DNA from: an uncultured Candidatus Saccharibacteria bacterium
GTDB lineage: Bacteria > Patescibacteriota > Minisyncoccia > 2-02-FULL-40-12 > GWA2-44-9
Reading direction: 5' to 3'
DNA: 64,000 bases
Assembly (NCBI GenBank): GCA_964436165.1
Contig: CAYTBY010000001.1
Span: 73,452-137,451, forward strand
The notes beneath the pieces were generated by a model. That model did no database searches. It saw only the letters and a program-made list of their open reading frames with translations, and was not told the origin of the DNA. Shown here piece by piece: positions 29,873 through 39,667 of this stretch. How positions within the stretch are numbered: the stretch's first letter is position 1; each line of letters begins with the position of its first letter. A program made the position numbers and the translations under genes.

Positions 29873-30961
29873 ATGTCAAATCAAGCAGTAATAACCAAAA
29901 CGGTCGCTTCTTTGGTAAAAAATATATCAACTCGCAACAAGGATATTATATCCAGGCGTTTTGGTTTGAAAACAGGCAAAAAGGAGACTCTGGAGTCGAT
30001 AGGCAAGAGCTATGGAATTACCAGGGAAAGAGTAAGGCAGATAGAGGAATTTTCCATTAACCAGTTGTCTAAGGTTGTTGCTTCGACTCCCGATGTTTCA
30101 AAATACGTTTCTTTGGCCAAGGAAATACTAGGCGGTAACGGGGGGGTGATGAGGGAGGCTGAGTTATTTAAAGCATTTAGCGGAAACGATAAGGAGAGTG
30201 TTGTAAATGCCTCGCTTGTTTTTATTCTTTCTCTGGCCGGCGAGCCTGCCTCGCCGACTCGCCTCGCCGAAGCCTCCGGCGTAGCGCGGGCAGGCGGGCC
30301 GGTAAGATTCGGTGAAAACGAGTCATACTATTCCTTCTGGGGTTTAAATAGGGAAAGTGCCGATATGTTTAAAAATGGGATTTCTGCCCTGGTCAGTTCA
30401 TTTGCAAAAAACGGAAGCCCGGTGGCTTATACCGACTTGGTTTCTTTTGCCCAGGCTAACAGCATCTCAAATTCTAAAGACGTTGTGGTTTATTTGAATT
30501 TGAGCAAGGAGCTTGGAAGAAATGTTTTTGGCCAAATTGGTTTAGCCAGTTGGGCCGAAGTAAAACCAAAAGGAGTCAGAGATAAAGCCTATTTGGTTTT
30601 GAAGAAAGAGAAAAATCCAAAACACTTTACCGAGATTGCCAAACTTATAAACTCAACCGGTTTTTCTGATAAGAGAGCTAATGTTCAGACTGTTCATAAC
30701 GAACTGATTAAGGATAAAAGATTCGTTTTAGTCGGCCGTGGAATGTATGGGTTATCGGAATGGGGTTATCAGCCGGGTACGGTCAAAGAAGTGTTGGTCA
30801 GCGTTCTCAAGAACCATGGCAAGCCCTTAGCCAAGGCCGAACTTGTGGCCAAGGTTTTGGATACCCGAATGGTCAAAGAAAACACAATATTATTAAATCT
30901 TCAGGATTCTAAAGTTTTTTCAAAACGGGAAGACGGAACTTACGTCTTAAAAAAGGCGTAA
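29873..30961 (+). CDS. Sigma70 region-4 HTH + HARE-HTH domain protein (common in CPR)
   Basis: TLESIGKSYGITRERVRQIE; TVHNELIKDKRFVLVGRGMYGL; contains nested palindromic insert. Confidence 0.88.
   Translation: MSNQAVITKTVASLVKNISTRNKDIISRRFGLKTGKKETLESIGKSYGITRERVRQIEEFSINQLSKVVASTPDVSKYVSLAKEILGGNGGVMREAELFKAFSGNDKESVVNASLVFILSLAGEPASPTRLAEASGVARAGGPVRFGENESYYSFWGLNRESADMFKNGISALVSSFAKNGSPVAYTDLVSFAQANSISNSKDVVVYLNLSKELGRNVFGQIGLASWAEVKPKGVRDKAYLVLKKEKNPKHFTEIAKLINSTGFSDKRANVQTVHNELIKDKRFVLVGRGMYGLSEWGYQPGTVKEVLVSVLKNHGKPLAKAELVAKVLDTRMVKENTILLNLQDSKVFSKREDGTYVLKKA
30245..30298. repeat. Nested in-frame palindromic elements (54 bp)
   Basis: cctgcctcgccg[actcgcctcgccgaagcctccggcgtagcgcgg]gcaggcggg = PASP-TRLAEASGVAR-AGG. 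Confidence 0.8.
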
Positions 30962-30964
30962 AGA

Positions 30965-31043
30965 TAATGCAAATCAACGAATGACATGCGAATGCTACAA
31001 ATAAACATTCGCGGTATTCGCATATATTTGTAGATTAGCATTA
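30965..31043. repeat. Intergenic imperfect palindrome built from CGAAT/ATTCG units
   Basis: taatgc...cgaat..cgaat../..attcg..attcg...gcatta. Confidence 0.6.
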
Positions 31044-31061
31044 TGTAATGAGCTTCAGCGA

Positions 31062-32315
31062 ATGACTTCTTTTCTTTTAATACTAAATACTTTTAAGACG
31101 GTCTTTGTCCTCCTTATCTCCATTTGGTGGCTTTACTTACCTGTCTTTTTATTTTTACTATCCTATCTCGCCGTTAAAAACTATACTAATCTCAAATACC
31201 GCCTCTCTCTTGAGTGGACACTTCTTGAAATAAAAGTTCCAAAAGAAAATCGAAAAAGCCCCAAGGCGATGGAGCAGATTTTTGCCGGTTTACATGGCGT
31301 TTATACTATTAAAAAAAAGTGGCATAAGATATTTTTTAAGGGCGAGATGCTGGCTTGGTTCTCTTTTGAAATAGTTGGCAAGGGTGGTGAGACCCACTTT
31401 TATGTAAGAACTCAAACTGAATACAAGAATGTGGTAGAAGCCCAGATATATGCCCAGTATCCGGAGGCAGAAGTCGTTGAGTCGGTTGACTACATTAATG
31501 ATCTGCCCCTCTATTTGCCTGATGATAAATATGACCTGTGGGGAACTGAGCTAATTTTAAACAAGGAGGATGCCTATCCAATAAGAACTTATCCTGAATT
31601 TGAAGAAAAAGGAACCGGTCCGGAAGATGCAAAAAGAGTAGATCCAATGGCATCTATATCTGAGCTTTGCAGTACTCTTCACGCCGGTGAGCAGATCTGG
31701 CTTCAAATAATAGGTACTCCGATAGGAGATGATTGGATAAAGAAAGGCCAGGCCGTACTTGATAAGCTTATGGGTAAGGAAGCGGTCAAAAGCGGAAACT
31801 TTCTTTCTGATATGGTTTTTGCCATAGATAAGGCAATTAGCGGAATCGGCAGTGTTCCGGTTGATAAAAAAGAAGAAAGGAAAGAGAGAGTTAACTTAAG
31901 TCCAGGCAAAGAGGATATAATGAAGGCCATGGAAAAAAGCTGGGATAAGCTTGGGTATCAAACCGGCATCAGGTATTTATATATCGGACCTAAAGATAAT
32001 TTCCATCAATCCCACGTCGCCGGTATTAACGGTGCTTTTCGGCAGTTCTCTTCCCAAAATTTAAATGGTTTCAAATCGAATAAATACACCATAACTCACG
32101 CTAGAGGCTTATTTAAAAATTCAAAACTTTTAACGAGAAAGAAGGCCATTTATCAGGCATTTAGGGAGAGGCAGGTCATGCTTTTTAAATATGTGCTTAA
32201 TACTGAAGAATTAGCTACTATTTACCACTTACCGGATATTGGAGTCAGGGCGCCGTTATTGCCTAGAGTTGAGGCCAAGAGAGGTGAACCCCCGGTAGGA
32301 TTGCCAATTACATGA
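31062..32315 (+). CDS. Conserved CPR membrane protein (partner of VirD4/HerA-like ATPase)
   Basis: N-terminal TM, LEIKVP, KAMEQIF, IYAQYP, YPIRTY, LNTEELATIYHLP. Confidence 0.85.
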   Translation: MTSFLLILNTFKTVFVLLISIWWLYLPVFLFLLSYLAVKNYTNLKYRLSLEWTLLEIKVPKENRKSPKAMEQIFAGLHGVYTIKKKWHKIFFKGEMLAWFSFEIVGKGGETHFYVRTQTEYKNVVEAQIYAQYPEAEVVESVDYINDLPLYLPDDKYDLWGTELILNKEDAYPIRTYPEFEEKGTGPEDAKRVDPMASISELCSTLHAGEQIWLQIIGTPIGDDWIKKGQAVLDKLMGKEAVKSGNFLSDMVFAIDKAISGIGSVPVDKKEERKERVNLSPGKEDIMKAMEKSWDKLGYQTGIRYLYIGPKDNFHQSHVAGINGAFRQFSSQNLNGFKSNKYTITHARGLFKNSKLLTRKKAIYQAFRERQVMLFKYVLNTEELATIYHLPDIGVRAPLLPRVEAKRGEPPVGLPIT

Positions 32316-34093
32316 TTAAAAAAGATAAAGATATTGTTGTTATCGGTGAGACGAATTTTCGCAATCAGCGTTGGCGATTTGGCATAAAAGAAGATGACCG
32401 TCGGCGCCATATGTATGTGGTTGGTTCAACGGGAATGGGCAAGACAGAATTCTTGAAGAATATGGCCATTCAGGACATTGAAGCCGGCCGGGGCCTTGCC
32501 TTTATTGACCCTCACGGCGATTCAGCCGATGCCCTTCTTGACTATATTCCAAAAGAAAGAATAAAAGATGTCATTTATTTGGATCCTGGCGATCTGTCTT
32601 TTCCGATTGCTTTCAATGTGATGGAAAAAGTTGATTTTGAGTTCAGGCATTTGGTTGCTTCCGGCTTGCTTGGTGTATTTAAGAAAATATTCGGCATTGA
32701 GGTTTGGTCGGGAAGGATGGAATATATTTTAAATAATACTATCTTGGCCTTGCTAGAATATCCAGATGCGACTCTACTCGGCATAAATAAGTTATTGTCC
32801 AATAAGGAGTATAGGAGAAAGGTGGTTGATAATGTAAAAGACCCGATAGTAAAGTCATTTTGGGTTGATGAGTTTGCAAAATATACAGAAAGATTTGCCG
32901 CCGAAGCGACGCCGGCTATTCAGAATAAGATCGGTCAGTTTATTTCTAACAATCTTATTCGCAATATCATCGGCCAAGTCCATTCGACTATTGATATCAG
33001 AAAGATAATGGATGAGGGCAAAATTTTAATAGTCAATATTTCCCGCGGTAAAATAGGGGAGGACGCTTCGCGTTTGCTTGGTGCTCTTTTAGTAACCAAG
33101 ATTCAGCTTGCCGCCATGTCGCGGGTTGATATTCCGGAGAACCAGAGAACGGACTTCTATCTGTATGTAGATGAGTTTCAGCACTTTGCCACAGAGTCAT
33201 TTGCTAACATTTTATCAGAAGCCAGGAAATACCATTTAAGTTTAATTATGGCTCATCAATATATAAAGCAGATGGAAGAACATGTGATGGATGCGGTTTT
33301 TGGCAATGTTGGTACGATTGTATCTTTTAGGGTTGGTGCGGAGGATGGCGAATTTTTGGAAAAATGGTTTCAGCCTGATTTCATGATGAATGATATTGTC
33401 AATCTTGGTAAATATAATATTTACATAAAGTTAATGATAGACGGCGTTTCTTCAAGAGGTTTTTCGGCGGCGACTATCCCGCCCCTTCCCGAGCTTGAAA
33501 AGTCGAATCGGGAAGAAGTGGTTGACTATTCAAGAAAAACATATGCTACCTCAAGAGAAATTGTTGAGAAAAGTATTGCCGAATGGGCGGGAATGGATGG
33601 TGAGGAGCATAAAAAAGAAGGCTACAGCGGACCAAGGCCGGACTCAAGACCTAGACAGCCATATGCGACATTTGAAAGACGGGGGGAACCGTCACAATTT
33701 CAAAATCAGCGTCCACAGCAGTCATTTAATCGGCCACCAGCTCCTCTCCCTAGTCAACTCATTAGGCCACAACCAGGGTCAGTTCAACCGCAAACCATAC
33801 CTCAGATACAACCTCAACCAGTGCAACCCAAGTTTGAACAGAAACCGCAGGTCCAGTTACAGTCTAAATCGGAACCAGCCCAATCACAACGACTGAGCGA
33901 AGAGCGAGGGAGTACTGAGCATAGAAATGCGAATGTACCCTCATCCGGGCTACCTTTAAATGAAGCCCTTAAAACCGGTCCGGTTAATTTTCGTGGCAGG
34001 AGGATAGAAGATAAAAGAGAAAAACCAAAAATTGAAGTTGATACAGATGCTCTCAAGAAGATCTTGGATGAGGCGATGGGAAAAAAGGAATAG
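32312..34093 (+). CDS. VirD4/TraD/HerA-like P-loop ATPase with Pro/Gln-rich tail
   Basis: RRHMYVVGSTGMGKT, IDPHGD, LYVDEFQ, SEARKY, HQYI. Confidence 0.92.
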   Translation: MIKKDKDIVVIGETNFRNQRWRFGIKEDDRRRHMYVVGSTGMGKTEFLKNMAIQDIEAGRGLAFIDPHGDSADALLDYIPKERIKDVIYLDPGDLSFPIAFNVMEKVDFEFRHLVASGLLGVFKKIFGIEVWSGRMEYILNNTILALLEYPDATLLGINKLLSNKEYRRKVVDNVKDPIVKSFWVDEFAKYTERFAAEATPAIQNKIGQFISNNLIRNIIGQVHSTIDIRKIMDEGKILIVNISRGKIGEDASRLLGALLVTKIQLAAMSRVDIPENQRTDFYLYVDEFQHFATESFANILSEARKYHLSLIMAHQYIKQMEEHVMDAVFGNVGTIVSFRVGAEDGEFLEKWFQPDFMMNDIVNLGKYNIYIKLMIDGVSSRGFSAATIPPLPELEKSNREEVVDYSRKTYATSREIVEKSIAEWAGMDGEEHKKEGYSGPRPDSRPRQPYATFERRGEPSQFQNQRPQQSFNRPPAPLPSQLIRPQPGSVQPQTIPQIQPQPVQPKFEQKPQVQLQSKSEPAQSQRLSEERGSTEHRNANVPSSGLPLNEALKTGPVNFRGRRIEDKREKPKIEVDTDALKKILDEAMGKKE

Positions 34094-34180
34094 GTTTTTT
34101 ACTTTAGCCTCAACTGTGGATTTGTTTTTGTATCTGCCTGTGCTATTTTTATCTTAGCACATTTCGTAGAGGAGGAATAA

Positions 34181-34525
34181 ATGGAAGACCAGAAGGCACT
34201 TAAGGCGGTGGGTATTTATGAGCAGTATTTTATAACTCATGATATTCCGAATATAAAACATCCTCATAATGAATTTTTTCGTAATGTGAATGAGGCATTG
34301 GCTCATTGTCACAGCATGATAAAGGGGATAAAAGACTTTCTTTCCATTGATGGTATGGAAAAAAGAGCCGCACAACGCATTGGTTTTATTGAGGGATGTC
34401 TTGCTACTGCTGGCAAGGTTACAGTAGAGACGTTGAAGGCGTATAATCGTCCCGAAGAAGGCACAATTAGCGAGATAACCCACGAGCCATTAACCTACGA
34501 AGATTTACATGATTGGGAATATTAG
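34181..34525 (+). CDS. Hypothetical protein
   Basis: GGAGGA SD; RIGFIEGCL motif; downstream hairpin. Confidence 0.7.
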   Translation: MEDQKALKAVGIYEQYFITHDIPNIKHPHNEFFRNVNEALAHCHSMIKGIKDFLSIDGMEKRAAQRIGFIEGCLATAGKVTVETLKAYNRPEEGTISEITHEPLTYEDLHDWEY

Positions 34526-34661
34526 TCTCTCGTACTACAGCTCTTGCAAAATGCAGGGGCTTTTCTTTTATGTTTTAAAAATGTATTATTTTAGTATCAA
34601 CTTTTTAATTTTGAATTATAATTTTGCATTTTGATTTTTTAATTTTAAATTTATTAAAACC

Positions 34662-35927
34662 ATGCCCTCCAAATTCTATAAAAAATATATCCGTATTCCC
34701 CCCAGTGAATCAATAGATATTCGGGATATAATGCCTATCATCCACCATCCGCTTTTTCAGCGTTTGCTTCATATCTCTCAATTAGGCACAACATTGAATG
34801 TTTTTCCGGGAGCGACTCATAACCGTTTTGAACATGCTCTAGGCGTTTACGGTAAAACAAAAAGATTTTCGAAGAGAATGGTTGAGGACGGTTTTTTGAC
34901 ATCATATGAGGCCAAGAATGTGTCTCTTTTTGGCCTGCTTCATGACGTTGGCCATGGACCCTTTTCCCATGTTATGGAAGAATTAACGCCTCTTAGCGGC
35001 AACGAAGACGAGAACGGCCTGGTCGTTTTAAAGTTATTAAAAAAGGAGATAAAAAAAGCCGGCGGTGATTACGAATTTATTAAAAAGATCTCTTCCCACA
35101 AAAATCATCTTTATCGGATAGTAATGGATAAGAATGTCGGGATGGACAAGCTTGATTACCTGGAACGCGATGTTTATCATACCGGATTTGGCCAGAGACC
35201 GGATATCGAAAGTTTATTCAATTATCTCGTTTACTTAAAGGGCCATTTGGTTATTGACAAAAAATCTCTTGAAGCGGCCAAGCAGATGCAGAAACTGTAT
35301 CTCTATATGTATAAAGAGGTGTATCTTCATAAATCAGCGCTCATCAGCCAGAGGTTTCTCCAGAAAATGGTATCTATGCTTGCCCGCTTAATTAAGCTTG
35401 ATCTGGCTCAGCTTTGGCGTCTTAACGATAAAGAACTGATCGCCCTTATCTATACCAACCCCGATAAAAATCTGAAACTTCTCTACGATTGTTATAAAAA
35501 CAGGGCATTTCCCAGTACGGGAGTGGTGATACGACTCAAGAGCAGAGAGTTTAAAGAGAGAATTGCCGGCAAGAAAATAAAGGTTATCGGAGAGAACAAA
35601 GCGTTTTTTCAAAAGTTTATGAAGCATACTTCCCCGGAAGATCTTGAGAATCTTGAATCGAAAGTCGCAAAACTTATAAATGTTTCCTCTCACAAAGTGG
35701 TTATTGTTCCGACCCTAACTCCGTGGCGTTTTGTTCCGGAGGATATTTTATACCACGATGACGGCCGGATACTTTCGCTTAAAGACACTCAAAGAGAGTA
35801 TTTTGATGCTCTTCGATCTGAGATGAGTGACTATTTGGCTATTCGGGTTTGCATCGTCGGTGATAGGGGAGTATTATATAAAAATTCTTTGAAAATATAT
35901 AATCTTATCAAGAAGGAGACGCAATGA
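34662..35927 (+). CDS. HD-domain phosphohydrolase (dNTPase/SAMHD1-like)
   Basis: FQRL..ISQLG, HNRFEHALG, LLHDVGHGPFSH, DKLDYLERD. Confidence 0.92.
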   Translation: MPSKFYKKYIRIPPSESIDIRDIMPIIHHPLFQRLLHISQLGTTLNVFPGATHNRFEHALGVYGKTKRFSKRMVEDGFLTSYEAKNVSLFGLLHDVGHGPFSHVMEELTPLSGNEDENGLVVLKLLKKEIKKAGGDYEFIKKISSHKNHLYRIVMDKNVGMDKLDYLERDVYHTGFGQRPDIESLFNYLVYLKGHLVIDKKSLEAAKQMQKLYLYMYKEVYLHKSALISQRFLQKMVSMLARLIKLDLAQLWRLNDKELIALIYTNPDKNLKLLYDCYKNRAFPSTGVVIRLKSREFKERIAGKKIKVIGENKAFFQKFMKHTSPEDLENLESKVAKLINVSSHKVVIVPTLTPWRFVPEDILYHDDGRILSLKDTQREYFDALRSEMSDYLAIRVCIVGDRGVLYKNSLKIYNLIKKETQ

Positions 35928-36145
35928 CATGTGTTCGGAATGATGATTGGAACCCAGATCCGCAGATTATGGCGAAGATTAAAGAGGAAATATCTAAATT
36001 ACCGGCAGAACAGCTTAGGTACGGAAGGATAAGTTCGGGTGATAAGTTACTTACTTGGAGTGAATTTATAACAGAGATTGAGCTTGGGACAGAATTCGGC
36101 CGGATGATATATTACATATACGTTGATGACGACCCAGAGCAATAG
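35924..36145 (+). CDS. Hypothetical protein
   Basis: ATGA overlap with the HD gene. Confidence 0.5.
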   Translation: MTCVRNDDWNPDPQIMAKIKEEISKLPAEQLRYGRISSGDKLLTWSEFITEIELGTEFGRMIYYIYVDDDPEQ

Positions 36146-36149
36146 GAAA

Positions 36150-36479
36150 CTATTGCTTTTTTTGTTTGTCCTCAATTTCATCCATTTCATCCATTATCTG
36201 ATTAAATAATTCTCCTCTTTGCTCATTCCAAGCCTGCTTACGAGCACTTTCAAGAGCTTCCAGCCCCTCCTGGATATAACCAGCCTCAATATAGAGCCTT
36301 GCCATTCTTTGGTTAAACTTAATAGCGTCTTCCGGATTAATTACTTGCCTTTCTTCTCGTTCAGTCCATTGTTGAAGAAGTTGATGAACTTCTGGGTCTT
36401 CGACTCCTTTTGATTTTAGAGCATCAATAAGTTTCTGGTCTGATACTTCTCTATTTTCTAGTATTGGAAACTCCTTCAT
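36150..36479 (-). CDS. Hypothetical helical (TPR-like) protein
   Basis: ARLYIEAGYIQEGLEALESA. Confidence 0.7.
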   Translation of the reverse strand: MKEFPILENREVSDQKLIDALKSKGVEDPEVHQLLQQWTEREERQVINPEDAIKFNQRMARLYIEAGYIQEGLEALESARKQAWNEQRGELFNQIMDEMDEIEDKQKKQ

Positions 36480-36528
36480 GTATAAGATTATATCCTAGAA
36501 AAACAAAAAGTGCGAAGGAGTCAAAGGA

Positions 36529-36804
36529 TTATTTAACTTTTCTCTCAACGGATGTAAGTCGGACATCTATAGATTCAACTTTGGTTTCCAGTCGTGAAAA
36601 TTCCTTTTTTGAAGGTATTTCTAAAACAACATCGAGAATAGTTTTCAGGGTGCCGTCCATTTTATCAAAGCGGGTATCCATAGCATCAAAACGCTCATCA
36701 ACTTTAGCGAACCGGTTTGCGGTTATTTGAGCCAGAGTATTGAAGCCGACGCTTCGGTCGGCTCCCCGACCTTTCAGCGTCGGGGTTGTCATTTTCTTTG
36801 GCAT
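36529..36804 (-). CDS. Small coiled-coil protein with N-terminal palindromic insert
   Basis: VDERFDAMDTRFDKMD heptads; double hairpin at 36742-36785. Confidence 0.7.
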   Translation of the reverse strand: MPKKMTTPTLKGRGADRSVGFNTLAQITANRFAKVDERFDAMDTRFDKMDGTLKTILDVVLEIPSKKEFSRLETKVESIDVRLTSVERKVK

Positions 36805-36805
36805 A

Positions 36806-36939
36806 CCCAGTAGTGAAACTTCCAGTTGCCTTTAATTTTTTCAATAAAAAGCTAAATAAGAAGTTATTCAATGTTATCTAGTCTTACCCATGATAGTAGA
36901 AATACTGGCTAGAAAAAATCTGGAAGTTCTACTACTGGG
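36806..36939. mobile_element. MITE-like element, 134 bp, 20-bp imperfect TIRs, 4-bp flanking duplication
   Basis: cata|cccagtagtgaaacttccag...ctggaagttctactactggg|cata. Confidence 0.75.
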
Positions 36940-37208
36940 CATATTTTAAGTATAAAAAATTGATTGTTAATGTCAAATACTTTTCCCAAAGTGCTTGCCA
37001 CGTGATTGCGTAGCAATTTTACGTGGTCCGTCCACTCACCCTTGGATGGAACACCATAGAACAGCTAGTTTTAAGGTGGCAGCAGGTTTTTAATAGTTTT
37101 GTACCTAGTTTAGCAAGTTAAGATTAATTACTCAAATAAAACGAAAGCCGCTCTTGGGGAGCGGCTCGTCGGTTTTTTGTGAGAACCGACAAACTTGGGT
37201 TCGGTGGG

Positions 37209-37526
37209 TCACATATACTGATGGACGACCCACCCGAACAGCAGGGCGATGAGCGGATACAGGACTGCGAGAGCGACTCCTCTTGCGATAGCTTCTCCTG
37301 CCCCCTCCTCTTTCTTGGGTATGTCAGAGGTGTCGTGATACGTCAGAAAGCTGACGACCATCGCGATGCCGATTGCCTGCACCACGGAGAGGTGTGGTAG
37401 TCCGAGCGTCGGAACCATAAACCATCCCCATAACACGCTCAATGCGTAACCCCGCAACAGCGAGGAAAGAACCAACATGGCAACGATGCGACGGACGAAC
37501 CCACCCACGATTGCAAGGAACACCAT
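37209..37526 (-). CDS. Membrane hypothetical protein
   Basis: LWGWFMVP.LGLP.LS..QAIG; AGGAGG SD; perfect TTGACA-17-TATAAT at 37598-37570. Confidence 0.8.
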   Translation of the reverse strand: MVFLAIVGGFVRRIVAMLVLSSLLRGYALSVLWGWFMVPTLGLPHLSVVQAIGIAMVVSFLTYHDTSDIPKKEEGAGEAIARGVALAVLYPLIALLFGWVVHQYM

Positions 37527-37639
37527 AGCTTTTGCCTCCTTTAACCGATTTTTTTCTGAACTTGTCCTAATTATAGCAAATTTAGGGCACTTTGTCAAAT
37601 CAGCCAAAAACCTTGAAAAATCGGGTTATTTTAACATTG

Positions 37640-37712
37640 TCCGCCCGGCTGGGATCGAACCAGCGACCACTTGCTTAAAAGGCAATTGCTCTACCAACTG
37701 AGCTACGGGCGG
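37640..37712 (-). tRNA. tRNA-Lys (TTT)
   Basis: CCGCCCG acceptor, GCTC-AGTTGGTA-GAGC D arm, CT-TTT-AA loop, GCTGG-TTCGATC-CCAGC T arm; CCA not encoded. Confidence 0.95.
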
Positions 37713-37803
37713 GATAGATTGCTAGATAACTAGCAAATAATATCATAAAAAATTAGTATTTCCAAGCTCGTGATACGATAATAAAACAGGCATCCAGCCT
37801 GTT

Positions 37804-38265
37804 TTAATTCGGTTTGATACTGCTAATTGTAATATAAGTTCCGATTGCCGTCACGAATGCTCCGGTTAGGAATTTAAGCAAGAAAATATTTTTAGATTCG
37901 CCTAAAATTACAATGCCTATCAGTATGGATATTAACGGTGCGGCCATGGTAATACTGGAGGTTAATGCGACTGAACCACCTCTTAATGATAACGAAAGAT
38001 TTGATAACAAATATGAAGAGTTCATGACTAAACCGGCAATTACGGCAAGAACGATCGGTATGGCTGTTAACTTTCCGTAGTTTGCATTATCGGAATGTCC
38101 TTGAATAGCCAAGACTGTTAATCCGACTATAGCGCTACAAACACCATTAATAATAACGAATATTCTTGGATCAAGTCCGTAATTATTAACAGAAATTTTA
38201 GCGATTGGACTACCAAGGCCAAAGAGCAGAGTTGATATTAATGCAAATTTAATCCTAGGATCCAT
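37804..38265 (-). CDS. EamA/DMT-family membrane transporter (single domain)
   Basis: 5 TM, APLISILIGIVILGE. Confidence 0.8.
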   Translation of the reverse strand: MDPRIKFALISTLLFGLGSPIAKISVNNYGLDPRIFVIINGVCSAIVGLTVLAIQGHSDNANYGKLTAIPIVLAVIAGLVMNSSYLLSNLSLSLRGGSVALTSSITMAAPLISILIGIVILGESKNIFLLKFLTGAFVTAIGTYITISSIKPN

Positions 38266-38420
38266 GTTGTCCCCCTTTTTTTGTAAATGTTCGATAGTCG
38301 GTATATTGTAGATTATTTTACATGATCCGTCAAATTATAAGCTTGATTTTTGAATTTTTTTGTTATATAATCTGGGGCAGTCAGTTGGTTCTTTTACCAA
38401 AGGTTAAAGGAGCGGTAAAC

Positions 38421-38816
38421 ATGGTTGTAACTAGGGTCTTGGCGCTACTATTTATTTTTGTTGCTGGTTTTGGCGTCTGGAGCAGTTGTCAGCACGGTCA
38501 AGATATTAGCAGGGCAGTGGAAATAAATCCGGAGGTTCATATTACAGGCGATATTAATAGCCGTTTGATGTATGTTGATGAAACCACCAAAGAGGTCCAA
38601 GTATTAACATTCGAGGATATAAAAAGAGATATTGTTTTTGAAGCGGATGATGGATTCCTCTATTTTTTAAAAGAAGAAAAGGTTAAAATTTTGCCCGTAG
38701 CTTTTATCTGCGGGAAAAAAAGAAATCTGGAATGTGATTTGACTAAACCTTATGTTTTATACGTTGCAACAAGGAAGGTTAAGCCATTGCTTGTACGCAA
38801 AAACGCGGCATCCTAA
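38421..38816 (+). CDS. Exported hypothetical protein
   Basis: N-terminal hydrophobic segment; AAGGAG SD. Confidence 0.65.
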   Translation: MVVTRVLALLFIFVAGFGVWSSCQHGQDISRAVEINPEVHITGDINSRLMYVDETTKEVQVLTFEDIKRDIVFEADDGFLYFLKEEKVKILPVAFICGKKRNLECDLTKPYVLYVATRKVKPLLVRKNAAS

Positions 38817-38893
38817 TAGCGGCTAATTCAGCCGTTTTTAATTTGCTATTTTTATGTTAAAATGAGGTCATAAATGGTCAAAAACATTTTCTG

Positions 38894-39667
38894 ATGAAGA
38901 TTATTGTTCAAAATTTAGCGACGGAATACCGTGATGAGGGCGAAGGACCGGTAATGCTTTTATTACACGGCTGGAAGGATAGTTTATATACTTTCGATGA
39001 TTTAATGCCGTCTTTGCTGGCCAGGTGGAGAGTTGTTCGTCTTGATTTGCCTGGATTTGGTGAAAGCGAAGCGCCGGGTGGGGCTTGGAATCTAGATGAT
39101 TATATCCATTTTGTTAATGAGTTTATTCAGAAACTTAATCTTCAAGTCGATGTTTTAGCCGGTCATTCATTCGGTGGCCGAATTGCCATAAAAGGCCAAG
39201 CCGTCAAACTTTTTAAAGCGAACAAACTTGTCCTGATAGCTCCGGCGGGTATTGCCAGAAAACAGAAATTACGTAAATCAATTTTAAAAGTTATGGCTAA
39301 AATCGGCGGGTTTTTAGCCGACATTCCGCCTTTAATTTTGTGGAGGCAGGAAATAAGAAAAAAGATGTATAATCTGATCGGCAGTGATTATCTTAATGCC
39401 GGGCCATTAAGGGGGACATTCCTAAAAATAATTGCCGAAGATTTAAGTGTAAAGGCAAGAGATATTACTGTCCCGACTCTGATAATCTGGGGAGCCAATG
39501 ATACTCAGACTCCTCTGGCTGACGGCCAGAAACTGTCTCGATTAGTATCTGGTTCAGAGTTTAAGGTAATCAACGGCGCCGGACATTTTGTCCATCGGGA
39601 GAAACATCAAGAAGTCGCAAAATTAATAGAAGATTTTTATGATAAGAAAATGGCTGTCTCGTTATAG
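38894..39667 (+). CDS. Alpha/beta hydrolase
   Basis: LLHGW, DLPGFG, GHSFGG, WGAND, AGHF. Confidence 0.93.
   Translation: MKIIVQNLATEYRDEGEGPVMLLLHGWKDSLYTFDDLMPSLLARWRVVRLDLPGFGESEAPGGAWNLDDYIHFVNEFIQKLNLQVDVLAGHSFGGRIAIKGQAVKLFKANKLVLIAPAGIARKQKLRKSILKVMAKIGGFLADIPPLILWRQEIRKKMYNLIGSDYLNAGPLRGTFLKIIAEDLSVKARDITVPTLIIWGANDTQTPLADGQKLSRLVSGSEFKVINGAGHFVHREKHQEVAKLIEDFYDKKMAVSL

Noticed and set aside
31062-34093. Conjugative element (ICE) based on the VirD4-like ATPase
   Set aside because: No relaxase, VirB4 cluster or integrase; this gene pair is a routine chromosomal feature of Parcubacteria.
37209-37712. Prophage or island integrated at tRNA-Lys
   Set aside because: No integrase and no duplicated tRNA 3' end noticed.
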